Shown here one piece after another: positions 1 to 8,254 of a stretch of DNA of 64,000 bases. Location: positions 3,669 through 67,668 of the forward strand of contig CALKTH010000016.1 in NCBI GenBank assembly GCA_937997485.1, given 5' to 3'. The position numbers were made by a program, and so were the translations under genes. This stretch comes from an uncultured Acidimicrobiales bacterium (GTDB lineage: Bacteria; Actinomycetota; Acidimicrobiia; Acidimicrobiales; SZUA-35). The notes beneath the pieces were generated by a model. It was not told the DNA's origin. It ran no database searches and was given only the letters and a program-made list of their open reading frames with translations. Position 1 is the stretch's first letter, and the number at the start of each line of letters is the position of its first letter.

Positions 1-389
1 TCGATTCGACGCCGCTGTCGCCGCCAACGGTTGATCGTGCGTGGACTCGGAGTCTCGGTTGCTGCGATTTCGGCCAAGAGGTCGCGGTATTCGGCGTCGC
101 GGGCCTCCCTCATCTTCTGTGCAAGCTCGTTGCTGTGGCGACGCCCGGATGGAGTTGCGATCCACACGATGGCGTCGCCGCCGGCCTCGACCACGGTGGC
201 GGCGACCCACTCGAGGTGCTCTTTGGTGCGCGCGTCATTTGGCAGGGCGACCAAGCCGTCTCCGACTTGGTCGGCGCCGAGTTCTTTGAGTTTGCGCCAG
301 ACCGCGATCCGCGGGGTCGACGGCTCACGGGGGATTCGATAACTAAGCAGCACCCATTCGTGGACTGGTTGCGCAACCATGGTTGCCAT
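1..389 (-). CDS. chrB: ChrB-domain chromate resistance protein (partial; 3' end runs off the left window edge)
   Basis: My own translation of the minus strand from ATG at 389-387 gives MATMVAQPVHEWVLLSYRIPREPSTPRIAVWRKLKELGADQVGDGLVALPNDARTKEHLEWV... The frame is open to the window edge, so it is absent from the ORF track. The YRIPREPS..R..VWR.L...GA pattern is typical of the ChrB N-terminal domain. The gene is divergent from chrA. Confidence 0.7.
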   Translation of the reverse strand, partial: MATMVAQPVHEWVLLSYRIPREPSTPRIAVWRKLKELGADQVGDGLVALPNDARTKEHLEWVAATVVEAGGDAIVWIATPSGRRHSNELAQKMREARDAEYRDLLAEIAATETPSPRTINRWRRQRRRI

Positions 390-403
390 TCTACCATAGC
401 TTG

Positions 404-1801
404 ATGATGCAACCACGGTTACACCGCAATTCGGATCGGGCGGCTCGGCCTGGGGACTCGATTCGCTCCCGGGACTGGATCTCGGCCTGGTCGACGGTCG
501 CTGCGAATAGCTTCGGCGGACCGGCCGGGCAGATCGCGGTGATGCATGACGAGATCGTGGTTCGGCGGCGGTGGGTGGGCGAACGACGGTTTCTGCACGC
601 ACTCAACTACTGCATGCTGTTGCCGGGTCCCGAGGCCCAGCAGTTGGCCACCTACCTCGGCTGGCTTCTACGAGGTCCGACGGGGGGCCTGTTCGCGGGT
701 GCGCTGTTCATCCTCCCTGGCTTCGCTTCGATCATGGTGCTCAGCATCCTTTTCGCCGCCTACGGAGATCTGACCTGGGTGACCGGCCTGTTCTTCGGGA
801 TCTCCGCCGCGGTGATCGCTGTGGTGGCCAATGCGGTGCTCCGCATCGGACGTCGCGTGATCAAGAACCGTGCGATGTTGGCCATTGCCGGTGCCGCATT
901 CGTGGGGATCTTCGTCTTCGAGCTGCCGTTTCCGCTCATCGTCGCCGTCGCCGCCTCGATCGGACTGGTGGGCGGGCGGGTCAGGCCAGAAGTGTTCAAT
1001 TTGATCCAGGGCCACGACGAGTCTTCCGTCGCCGACGAACACGACGTGCTCATCGGTGATCAGGACATTGCACTCGGTCGGCCCTCGTGGGGGCGAGCGC
1101 TCCGAGTGCTCGCCATCGGTCTCGGGCTCTGGTTCGGACCGATCATCGTGCTTGTGGTCTGGCTGGGTGAGTCGTCGGTCTTCTTCGATGTTGCCTGGTT
1201 CTTCTCGACTGCCGCTGTGCTCACCTTTGGGGGCGCCTACTCCGTTCTTGCCTTCATCTCACAGGAGGCCGTCAACAGCTTCGGATGGCTCGAGCCAGGC
1301 GAGATGATCAGTGGCCTCGGCATGGCCGAAACCACCCCCGGCCCCCTCATCCAAGTCGTCCAATTCGTCGGGTTCATGGGCCCTTATCGTGACCCCGGCT
1401 CGCTTTCCCCACTTCAAGCCGGCATCTCTGGTGCCGTTATCGCCACGTGGGTCACTTTCGTTCCGTCGTTTCTCTGGATCTTCCTCGGCGCCCCGTTCAT
1501 CGAACACCTCCGCGGCAAACCTGCCCTCACCTCGGCCCTCTCGACCGTCACCGCAGCGGTGGTTGGTGTGGTTCTCAACCTGACGATCTGGTTCGCCCTC
1601 TTCACGCTGTTCGAAACCGTTGCCGAACGACGCTGGTACGGAGCGCTCCTCTATGAACCAGCGCTCTCGTCGCTCGACTGGGCGGCGGCCGCAATCGCCG
1701 CCGGCGCCGCCATTGCCATCTTCCGATTCCAGACCCCGACCCTGAGAGTCATCAGCCTCGCAGCAGTCGCGGGTGTCGCCTATCAATTCCTCGTTGCCTA
1801 G
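404..1801 (+). CDS. chrA: chromate ion transporter (CHR family)
   Basis: ORF 383..1801. It carries FGGPAGQIAVMHDEIVVRRRWVGERRFLHALNYCMLLPGPEAQQ and a second repeat, FGGAYSVLAFISQEAV...GLGMAETTPGPL, i.e. the duplicated CHR domain, and is polytopic. Start moved to ATG 404 to avoid overlapping the chrB start; exact start is uncertain. Confidence 0.88.
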   Translation: MMQPRLHRNSDRAARPGDSIRSRDWISAWSTVAANSFGGPAGQIAVMHDEIVVRRRWVGERRFLHALNYCMLLPGPEAQQLATYLGWLLRGPTGGLFAGALFILPGFASIMVLSILFAAYGDLTWVTGLFFGISAAVIAVVANAVLRIGRRVIKNRAMLAIAGAAFVGIFVFELPFPLIVAVAASIGLVGGRVRPEVFNLIQGHDESSVADEHDVLIGDQDIALGRPSWGRALRVLAIGLGLWFGPIIVLVVWLGESSVFFDVAWFFSTAAVLTFGGAYSVLAFISQEAVNSFGWLEPGEMISGLGMAETTPGPLIQVVQFVGFMGPYRDPGSLSPLQAGISGAVIATWVTFVPSFLWIFLGAPFIEHLRGKPALTSALSTVTAAVVGVVLNLTIWFALFTLFETVAERRWYGALLYEPALSSLDWAAAAIAAGAAIAIFRFQTPTLRVISLAAVAGVAYQFLVA

Positions 1802-1814
1802 AACGGAACCAACC

Positions 1815-2219
1815 ATGACCATCAATGTCCTCTTCCTATGCCCGCACAACGCGGCCAAGAGCGTCGCCGCCGCGGCCTTCTTCGCCCGGGACGCCAAGAA
1901 CCGAGGGCTCGCCGTCAAGACGTCGACCGCAGGAACCGACCCCGACACTCACGTCCTCCCCGTCGTTCGTGAGCGACTCGAAACCGAAGGCCTGCCCGTT
2001 GATCGGCCCTCACGCAAGGTGACCGACCAGAACCTCTCCAACGCCGATGTCATCATCAACATCGGATGCAAACTCGACGCCCTCCCCGCACCCGGACCAG
2101 TACACGACTGGCAAATCCCGAACTTCAGCGACGACCCACAGGCAGCATTCGCCGCGCTCGAAAGCCACACCACCAAGCTCGTCAACCAACTCGCCAGCCG
2201 TCCAGGCACGACCGGGTGA
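1815..2219 (+). CDS. low-molecular-weight phosphatase / ArsC-like family protein
   Basis: MTINVLFLCPHNAAKS is the CX5(K/R)S P-loop of the LMW-PTP/ArsC fold, and the size is about 134 aa. It lies immediately downstream of chrA. Start chosen at the internal ATG (MTINV). Confidence 0.7.
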   Translation: MTINVLFLCPHNAAKSVAAAAFFARDAKNRGLAVKTSTAGTDPDTHVLPVVRERLETEGLPVDRPSRKVTDQNLSNADVIINIGCKLDALPAPGPVHDWQIPNFSDDPQAAFAALESHTTKLVNQLASRPGTTG

Positions 2220-2470
2220 GGAGGCTCGGGGCCTTCGTCATCGAGAAGATCACGCTCGAGCTCGTGCTCAACGGCGCGTGCGACGAAGCCGCTCAGGCCA
2301 CGAACACCGACGCGGACCCTTCCCGCGCTCTGCCAGAGTCTCCTCAACACTCACCGACCACTCCCGAACAGCCATGATGGCCGTAGTCGCATTCAGCGTG
2401 AAGTGTCGCGTTTGACCGAAGGAGGTGTCCCTGCGCTCACCAGCACGACAACTTCGTCGAACGGTCTCCC

Positions 2471-2549
2471 CTACTGAATCCGCACGCCGGAGATGGCTCG
2501 GCTGATCACCAACTGCTGGATCTGCTCGGTGCCCTCGAAGATGTCGAAG
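2471..2549 (-). pseudogene. orphan 3'-terminal fragment of an acyl-CoA dehydrogenase gene (duplicate of 3468..3546)
   Basis: The 79 nt match 3468..3546 with 6 mismatches. They encode the identical peptide FDIFEGTEQIQQLVISRAISGVRIQ plus stop. There is no upstream ACAD-like reading frame. Confidence 0.8.
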
Positions 2550-2696
2550 GTCCTCCCCGAGTGTCCACGCAATGTCGTTCTGTGCCGCTGAGCAGGAAGT
2601 GCTCGTGTTCGGCGTCCACACCGTGACCTTGGATGACGCCTCGTGCCACCAGTTCCTAGGGACAAAACTAGGGACACCCGAGAGTCCGTCACCCGC

Positions 2697-3077
2697 TCAG
2701 ATGACTTCGACGGAGACATAATCAGCGCGCGCTGCGAGCGCCTCGATATCGGCTCGATCGCCAGTCAGAACGGTGCCGCCCGGCTCGGCCAGCGCCACGA
2801 CGAGCGCATCCACAGCCGAACCGGCCCCTGAGCGGCGGCGGAGTTCCGCCGCACGTCGCGCAACTGCCTCGCTGACGGTCGACTCGATCATGCAGGTCTT
2901 GAGAAATCGGTGAGTGTTCGCATCCCGGCTGGAATTGCCGTGAAGCGACTCGACAAGCACCACGGTTGGCACAATTGGCGGCCACAGCCCATCGGATGTC
3001 AGTGCCCGGATAATCGCAAGCGACGTTCTCGTTCGGGCAGCCAAGCGCGAGAGCCCTCCGCTGTCGAGAACGAGCAC
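2697..3077 (-). CDS. vapC: PIN-domain toxin (VapC-like) of a type II toxin-antitoxin pair
   Basis: 126 aa with an N-terminal MLVLDSGGL acidic residue and internal and C-terminal acidic residues typical of the PIN fold. A 2-nt gap separates it from the upstream small RHH gene. Confidence 0.75.
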   Translation of the reverse strand: MLVLDSGGLSRLAARTRTSLAIIRALTSDGLWPPIVPTVVLVESLHGNSSRDANTHRFLKTCMIESTVSEAVARRAAELRRRSGAGSAVDALVVALAEPGGTVLTGDRADIEALAARADYVSVEVI

Positions 3078-3079
3078 AC

Positions 3080-3328
3080 TCAGCTGACTTGTTGGAGCGA
3101 TCGCTCGCGAATTCGCCGTGCGATTGCATCGGCACTCGACTGCACCCGTTGGCTTGGTTCGCCGACTTCAGCGGCCAGTTCCTCGAGGTACCGGGCCGTT
3201 TCATCGAGGGCGTCTTGACGCTCCAGCTCGGCCCGAAGCGCGATCTGCAACAGTTCTGATGCCGGAAGGCCGCGCCGCTTCAACTCGTCGTGCAGTTCGT
3301 CCGGCAGGTAGACCTGAAGTCTCGGCAT
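3080..3328 (-). CDS. ribbon-helix-helix (CopG/ParD-like) antitoxin
   Basis: MPRLQVYLPDELHDELKRRGLPASELLQIALRAEL is a classic RHH N-terminus (beta strand plus two helices). It sits directly upstream of the PIN gene. Start at the internal ATG 3328, 7 nt downstream of a TATAGT box. Confidence 0.72.
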   Translation of the reverse strand: MPRLQVYLPDELHDELKRRGLPASELLQIALRAELERQDALDETARYLEELAAEVGEPSQRVQSSADAIARRIRERSLQQVS

Positions 3329-3360
3329 ACGTCTAACTATACGCCTATCATCACAGGCGT
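3328..3360 (-). promoter_or_regulatory. candidate leaderless promoter plus operator of the TA pair
   Basis: On the minus strand, TATAGT (3341..3336) lies 7 nt before the ATG. The inverted repeat ACGCCT-N8-AGGCGT (3341..3360) overlaps the -10 box. Confidence 0.4.
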
Positions 3361-3467
3361 GCAAAGAATCCTGTCGTGACTACGGCGGCTCTGCGCGCAG
3401 AGGTACACCTCATTTGACGAACGCAGTGTCCCTGGGAACGACAATCACGCAGTCGAAGAATGCGGGC

Positions 3468-4682
3468 CTACTGAATCCGCACGCCGGAGATGGCTCGGGA
3501 GATCACCAGCTGCTGAATTTGCTCGGTGCCTTCGAAGATGTCGAAGATCTTGGCATCACGATGCCAGCGCTCCACGGGGTACTCACGGGTGTATCCGTAG
3601 CCACCGAGGATCTGGATCGCACGCTCGGTGCTGTGCACTGCGACTCGACCAGCCTTCAGTTTCGCCATCGAGCCTTCGGCGTTCTTGAACTGCTTCTGCT
3701 TGCCCAGCCAGGCGGCTCGACGCACGAGCAGCCGGGCGGCGTCGATCTCGGTGGCCATGTCGGCGAGCATGAACGCGATCGACTGGTTCTCGATGATCGC
3801 CCGACCAAAGGCCTTGCGCTCCTTCGCATACTCGAGCGAGTACTCATACGCCGCACGAGCGATACCGAGCGCCTGGGCGCCAACGGCGGGGCGGGTGGCC
3901 TCGAACGTCTGCATGGCGGCTTGCGAGTTGCCGCTCTTGCCTTCCTTCACGCGGGCGATGCGCTCGTCGAGCTTGTCCTTGCCGCCGAGGAGGCAGCGAC
4001 CGGGCACTCGCACGTCGTCGAGTACAACCTCGGCAGTGTGGCTGGCGCGGATGCCGTGCTTCTTGTATTTCTGGCCCTGACTGAGGCCGGGCGTGTTCGG
4101 CGGGATCACGAAGCTGGCGTGGCCCTTCGAGCCAAGCTCGGGCTCAACCACGGCGACCACGACGTGGATGTCGGCGATGCCGCCGTTGGTAATCCATGCC
4201 TTGGTGCCGTTGAGCACCCACTCGTCCGTCGCCTGGTCGTACTTCGCCCGGAGGCGGTAGCCGCCAACGTCAGAACCAGCATCGGGCTCAGAGGCGCAGA
4301 AGGCACCAAGGGCGATCTTGTCGGGTGTGCCATAGCACTGGGGCACCCATTCCATGACCTGCTCGCCCGTGCCGGAAGCGGCAATGCCAGCAGCGGCGAG
4401 GCCGGTACCCATGATGGCCATGCCGAGTCCGGCGTCGCCCCAGAACATCTCCTCGAGCGCGATCATCATCGACTGGCCGGTCGGGTCGTTCATCATCATC
4501 TCGGCCATGAATTCCCAGCCGTAGAGACCGATCTGAGCGGCCTCTTCCACGAAGGGGAAGGGGAACTCTTCGCGCTCGTCCCACTCTTCGGCGATCGGAC
4601 GCATGGAGTTCTCGGCGAAATCATGGATCCACTTCTGGAGCGTGATCTGGTCTTCGGTGAGGGCGAGTGAGAACTCAGTCAT
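3468..4682 (-). CDS. acyl-CoA dehydrogenase
   Basis: About 404 aa from MTEFSLALTEDQ, with GGAG upstream. The sequence is ACAD-like throughout (WITNGGIADIHVVVA, AAYEYSLEYAKERKAFG, QILGGYGYTREYPVERWHRDAKIFDIFEGT). Confidence 0.9.
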   Translation of the reverse strand: MTEFSLALTEDQITLQKWIHDFAENSMRPIAEEWDEREEFPFPFVEEAAQIGLYGWEFMAEMMMNDPTGQSMMIALEEMFWGDAGLGMAIMGTGLAAAGIAASGTGEQVMEWVPQCYGTPDKIALGAFCASEPDAGSDVGGYRLRAKYDQATDEWVLNGTKAWITNGGIADIHVVVAVVEPELGSKGHASFVIPPNTPGLSQGQKYKKHGIRASHTAEVVLDDVRVPGRCLLGGKDKLDERIARVKEGKSGNSQAAMQTFEATRPAVGAQALGIARAAYEYSLEYAKERKAFGRAIIENQSIAFMLADMATEIDAARLLVRRAAWLGKQKQFKNAEGSMAKLKAGRVAVHSTERAIQILGGYGYTREYPVERWHRDAKIFDIFEGTEQIQQLVISRAISGVRIQ

Positions 4683-4811
4683 AGCGGTCTCCTTCGAGAC
4701 GGTGGGGCTGGTGTCGAGGAAAGGCGGCCACAAGTTACCGCCGAGTAACACAACGGTAGCTGAAGTTACCAGGTGGTAGCAAGGGTTGAATTGACCAAAC
4801 TGGTCACCCGC

Positions 4812-4836
4812 GCAAAGAAGTCCCCAGCCTGGGGGC
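4812..4836 (-). terminator. candidate intrinsic terminator after the acyltransferase gene
   Basis: The minus strand reads GCCCCC-aggct-GGGGAC followed by TTCTTTG, 42 nt after the stop at 4878. Confidence 0.4.
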
Positions 4837-4877
4837 GTTCACGACTTGTTTCGTACGCCCGGAAGGCGAGAACGGCG

Positions 4878-5513
4878 TTAGCGGTCAGCCAGGAGATCGG
4901 CGATGGCTTGCATCACTCGATCCGCATTCACCTGATGATCGGTGCTCTCCATCTCGATCGCAGGCCCGATCCGGAGGTGCACCTTCGGCCGCTTGAGGGT
5001 GAGCTTTGGCCCTGCGCCATGAGGCCACGCCTTCTCAGTGTTGAGGAAGCCCACGGGTACGACCACAGCGTCCGCTGCGATCGCGATTCGAGACACACCC
5101 GGCCGACCAGGACCCACGCCGTCAACCCAATCCCTGGGCTTCACCAGGCGACCCTCGGGCATCATCGAGACGATATGGCCGGCCTTGAGCGCCTCGATGG
5201 CGTCGGCCTCGGCCTGTTCGCGAAGATCTCGCGATGTGGGAATGCAGCCGATGCTGGTCAAGTAGTTCCCACCGACCGGCGCCTCCATGAAGGCCTGCTT
5301 CACCATGATGTGGCTGGAGATCCCGAACTTGGTGAAGATCGCCATCGTGGCCGGGAGGTCGAGCAAGCTGCGATGGTTCCCTGCCATGAGGACTGGCCGG
5401 TTGTGAGGGAGCGACAGCCTTTCTGGCAGTTCGAAGTCGGCGATCACGCGCCCGAGAGCGGCCATCGCCTTCCCGCTGCGGGTGAACCAAGTGTGCTGTT
5501 CGATCGGCTCCAC
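4878..5513 (-). CDS. lysophospholipid / 1-acyl-sn-glycerol-3-phosphate acyltransferase family protein
   Basis: NHRSLLD (HX4D acyltransferase motif) and MMPEGR (block III). Confidence 0.82.
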   Translation of the reverse strand: MEPIEQHTWFTRSGKAMAALGRVIADFELPERLSLPHNRPVLMAGNHRSLLDLPATMAIFTKFGISSHIMVKQAFMEAPVGGNYLTSIGCIPTSRDLREQAEADAIEALKAGHIVSMMPEGRLVKPRDWVDGVGPGRPGVSRIAIAADAVVVPVGFLNTEKAWPHGAGPKLTLKRPKVHLRIGPAIEMESTDHQVNADRVMQAIADLLADR

Positions 5514-5522
5514 CGCCGCACT

Positions 5523-6521
5523 CTACGACTCCGACGTGTCTCCCGGGGACATCCCTTCGAGTGCTCGTGGCGGCGCAGACAAGTGGAGACCCACCCTGTC
5601 GCCAATCGCCGGGCCCACATCACTTCGAAACACGATTCGCTGACCAACAAGATCGGTGTCTGGTGCCTCGTCAACTCGTCCAATCAGCCGGTGCTGGCCC
5701 TCGGCGAATTCTCGGTCCTCCACCGTGGCGATGATCTCCCCGTCGGCCGCCACCGAGATGGTGGTGATCGGAGCGAGGACGAACGCACCGCCGAATCGCC
5801 AGAGGTTCGGGTGCCCGAGGAACTCGGCCACGAACCGGTTGACCGGGGAACGCCAGAGCGCCTCCGGCGGGCCCTGCTGTTCGATTCGGCCCTCTCGTAG
5901 CACCACGATGTGATCGGCCAGAGCGAAGGCTTCGGCCTGATCGTGCGTGACGTGGAGCGCAGTGATGCCAAGCTCGCGGACCAGTCGACGAAGATCAGCG
6001 GTCAGCTGCTCGCGCAACACCCGGTCGAGCGAGCCCAACGGCTCGTCGAGCATGAGGAGGCCTGGTGACGGAGCCAGCGCTCGGGCGAGGGCAACTCGCT
6101 GCGCCTCACCGCCGGAGAGAGACCCGACGGAGCGATCGCCGAAACCTCCGAGCCCCACGAGATCGAGCAGTTCCTCAGAACGAGCACGTTGCTCAGCAGC
6201 AGAGCGGCCCTGCATCGACAGACCAAAGCTGACATTGGCCGACACGCTCAGGTGTGGGAACAGCGCATGGTCCTGAAACATGAGACCGAGGTCGCGTTCG
6301 TGCGTAGGGACACCAGCGAGGTCTCTGCCACCCAGTTCAACTCGACCCGAAGCAAGAGGTTCGAGGCCGGCAATGCACCGGAGCAGCGTGCTCTTGCCGC
6401 AACCGCTCGGCCCGACCACCGCAACAACCGCACCGGCAGACACGTCGAGCGAGACGCCATCGAGGGCCACGGCCTCTCCGTAGCGGACACGCACGTTGTC
6501 GATCAGGAGTCGTTGGCTCAT
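5523..6521 (-). CDS. ABC transporter ATP-binding protein (importer type with C-terminal regulatory/TOBE-like extension)
   Basis: Walker A GPSGCGKST, signature LSGGEAQRV, Walker B LLMLDEP. Start taken at MSQRLL. Confidence 0.9.
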   Translation of the reverse strand: MSQRLLIDNVRVRYGEAVALDGVSLDVSAGAVVAVVGPSGCGKSTLLRCIAGLEPLASGRVELGGRDLAGVPTHERDLGLMFQDHALFPHLSVSANVSFGLSMQGRSAAEQRARSEELLDLVGLGGFGDRSVGSLSGGEAQRVALARALAPSPGLLMLDEPLGSLDRVLREQLTADLRRLVRELGITALHVTHDQAEAFALADHIVVLREGRIEQQGPPEALWRSPVNRFVAEFLGHPNLWRFGGAFVLAPITTISVAADGEIIATVEDREFAEGQHRLIGRVDEAPDTDLVGQRIVFRSDVGPAIGDRVGLHLSAPPRALEGMSPGDTSES

Positions 6522-6549
6522 CGGGCGTTCGCTCTCACGGGCCGCAGTT

Positions 6550-8208
6550 TCACAGCAGCACCGCCTCTTCGCCTCGCAGGCGTTCGAGCACCGCAGCAAG
6601 ACACGCAACCGTGGCGCCAATCACCACGCTGAGCGCAAGCGCTTGACCTCGCAGCGCGGCACCCGGTTGGGAGAGCAAGCGGAAGATGGCCAGCGGCGCG
6701 GTAAACGCCGAGGGCGATCGCGAGAGGAATGCTGTGGCCCCGAACTCACCGAGGCTGATGGCGAACGCGAAACCGGAGCCCGTCACAACGGCTCGGCGAA
6801 TCAGCGGCCAATCGATGAGTCGGCTGATGCGGGACGGACGAGCGCCGAGCACTGCGGCGGCCTCGTGCAATCGATCGTCGATCGCACGCAGGGCAGGGAC
6901 CACCGAGGCAAGGACGAACGGCAGCCCGACGACGGCGTGGGCGACAGGAATCAGCCAGGGCGATCGCCGCAGGTCCAGCGCAGTGAATGCCAGCAGGTAC
7001 CCGAATCCGAGCGTGACGGCTGAGACGCCGAGAGGCACCAACGAGATCGCTTCAAGCACGCGCCCGGCTCGGCCGCCGCGGACCACGCCGTAGGCCGCAA
7101 TCACGCCGATGATGCTGGCCAACACCGCGGCGGCCAGGCCGAAGCGCAACGATCGCATCAGCGCCTCGGCGGCCGTCACGGGCAACAAGGGCAAGGGTTC
7201 AAGCAGCGCTCGATAGTGCGTGAGTCCGTACCCACCACCTGTGCGCAAGGACGACTCGATGAGCGCACCAATCGGCACACCGATCACCACACAAGCGAGA
7301 GCGATCACAACGGTGAGATGAGCTCGGCGACCCCACGTGTCGGGGCGCACCGTGCGACGCCGAGCCACGCCTCGTCCTGTATTCACGAACCGTCGCTGAA
7401 AACGGGCGGAGCCCACGGAGAGGAGCACGACGATCGCGAGCTGCACCATCGCCAAGACGGCGGCGACGTCGAATTCCTGGCGAAAGATGGCGTAGCGATG
7501 GATCTCGGTCTCGAGCGTGGCTCGGGCCGGGCCGCCGAGAATGAGGATCACACCGAAGCTCGTGAACGAGAAGAGGAAGACCAGCAGACCAGCGCCCAAC
7601 ACGATGGGAAGCAGAACAGGCAGAGCAACCAGGCGGAAGGCTCGGAAGGGCGTGGCCCCGAGCACCTGAGCGGCCTCGATGTCGCGCCGATCCAACGTCG
7701 CCCAGAAGCCGCCCACGATGCGCACCACAATCGCCACGTTGAAGAACACATGCGCCGCCAGGATCGCCGCGAGCGAACGGTCCAGATCGAGCGCCATCCG
7801 CGTGAACACTGCATCGAGTGCCGCCGCGACCACCACTGTGGGCAGCACGAACGGCACAACAACAAGCGCCCGCACCACTCCCCTGCCCTTGAAGTCGTAT
7901 CGAGCGAGCGCGTGAGCAATCGGCAATCCGACCAGCAGGGTGAGCAGCGCGGAGAGCAACGCCTGCGTGACCGTGAAGGTCAGGACCGAACGAGTTGAGC
8001 TACGAGTCAGGATCTCCAGAACTCGAGCGCCGTCGACGCCACGAAGACTTCGAGAGAAGACCGAGAGCAGGGGCCACACCACCAACGCGCCGAGGAACAG
8101 TGCGGGCACGAGCACGGTGACCACGCGAACCACCGACGAGACAGCGCGGGGCATCATCACGACCCGGCTCCGCACAGAAGCCCGTCGGGTGCGCTGGACA
8201 GCTGCCAC
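6550..8208 (-). CDS. ABC importer permease, fused two-domain type (ThiP/FbpB-like)
   Basis: 552 aa and polytopic, with two repeated MalFG-type halves, each carrying an EAA-like loop (IEAAQVLGATPFRAF; HEAAAVLGARPSRI). Start is uncertain. Confidence 0.88.
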   Translation of the reverse strand: MAAVQRTRRASVRSRVVMMPRAVSSVVRVVTVLVPALFLGALVVWPLLSVFSRSLRGVDGARVLEILTRSSTRSVLTFTVTQALLSALLTLLVGLPIAHALARYDFKGRGVVRALVVVPFVLPTVVVAAALDAVFTRMALDLDRSLAAILAAHVFFNVAIVVRIVGGFWATLDRRDIEAAQVLGATPFRAFRLVALPVLLPIVLGAGLLVFLFSFTSFGVILILGGPARATLETEIHRYAIFRQEFDVAAVLAMVQLAIVVLLSVGSARFQRRFVNTGRGVARRRTVRPDTWGRRAHLTVVIALACVVIGVPIGALIESSLRTGGGYGLTHYRALLEPLPLLPVTAAEALMRSLRFGLAAAVLASIIGVIAAYGVVRGGRAGRVLEAISLVPLGVSAVTLGFGYLLAFTALDLRRSPWLIPVAHAVVGLPFVLASVVPALRAIDDRLHEAAAVLGARPSRISRLIDWPLIRRAVVTGSGFAFAISLGEFGATAFLSRSPSAFTAPLAIFRLLSQPGAALRGQALALSVVIGATVACLAAVLERLRGEEAVLL

Positions 8209-8254
8209 CTCAGAGTCCGGTCAGAGCCGGACTCTGAGGTGGCAGAACGGTGAG

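Noticed and set aside
110-412. ORF-track minus-strand ORF (100 aa), and the plus-strand ORFs 31..342, 41..289 and 135..404.
   Set aside because: These have Arg/Ser/Pro-rich shadow-frame composition. A different minus-strand frame from ATG 389, open to the window edge, gives a convincing ChrB-like sequence instead.
2220-2470. About 250 bp between the LMW-PTP gene and the orphan ACAD fragment, with several overlapping ORFs (2047..2415, 2066..2377, 1949..2350, 2268..2621).
   Set aside because: No frame gives a protein-like sequence or motif. It is probably decayed or non-coding DNA flanking the insertion site.
3414-4670. 418-aa plus-strand ORF.
   Set aside because: It is exactly antisense to the well-supported acyl-CoA dehydrogenase. 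The Leu/Gly/Arg/Val-rich composition is typical of a GC-rich shadow ORF.
4773-5900. 375-aa plus-strand ORF.
   Set aside because: It is antisense to the acyltransferase and ABC ATPase genes and has no motifs.
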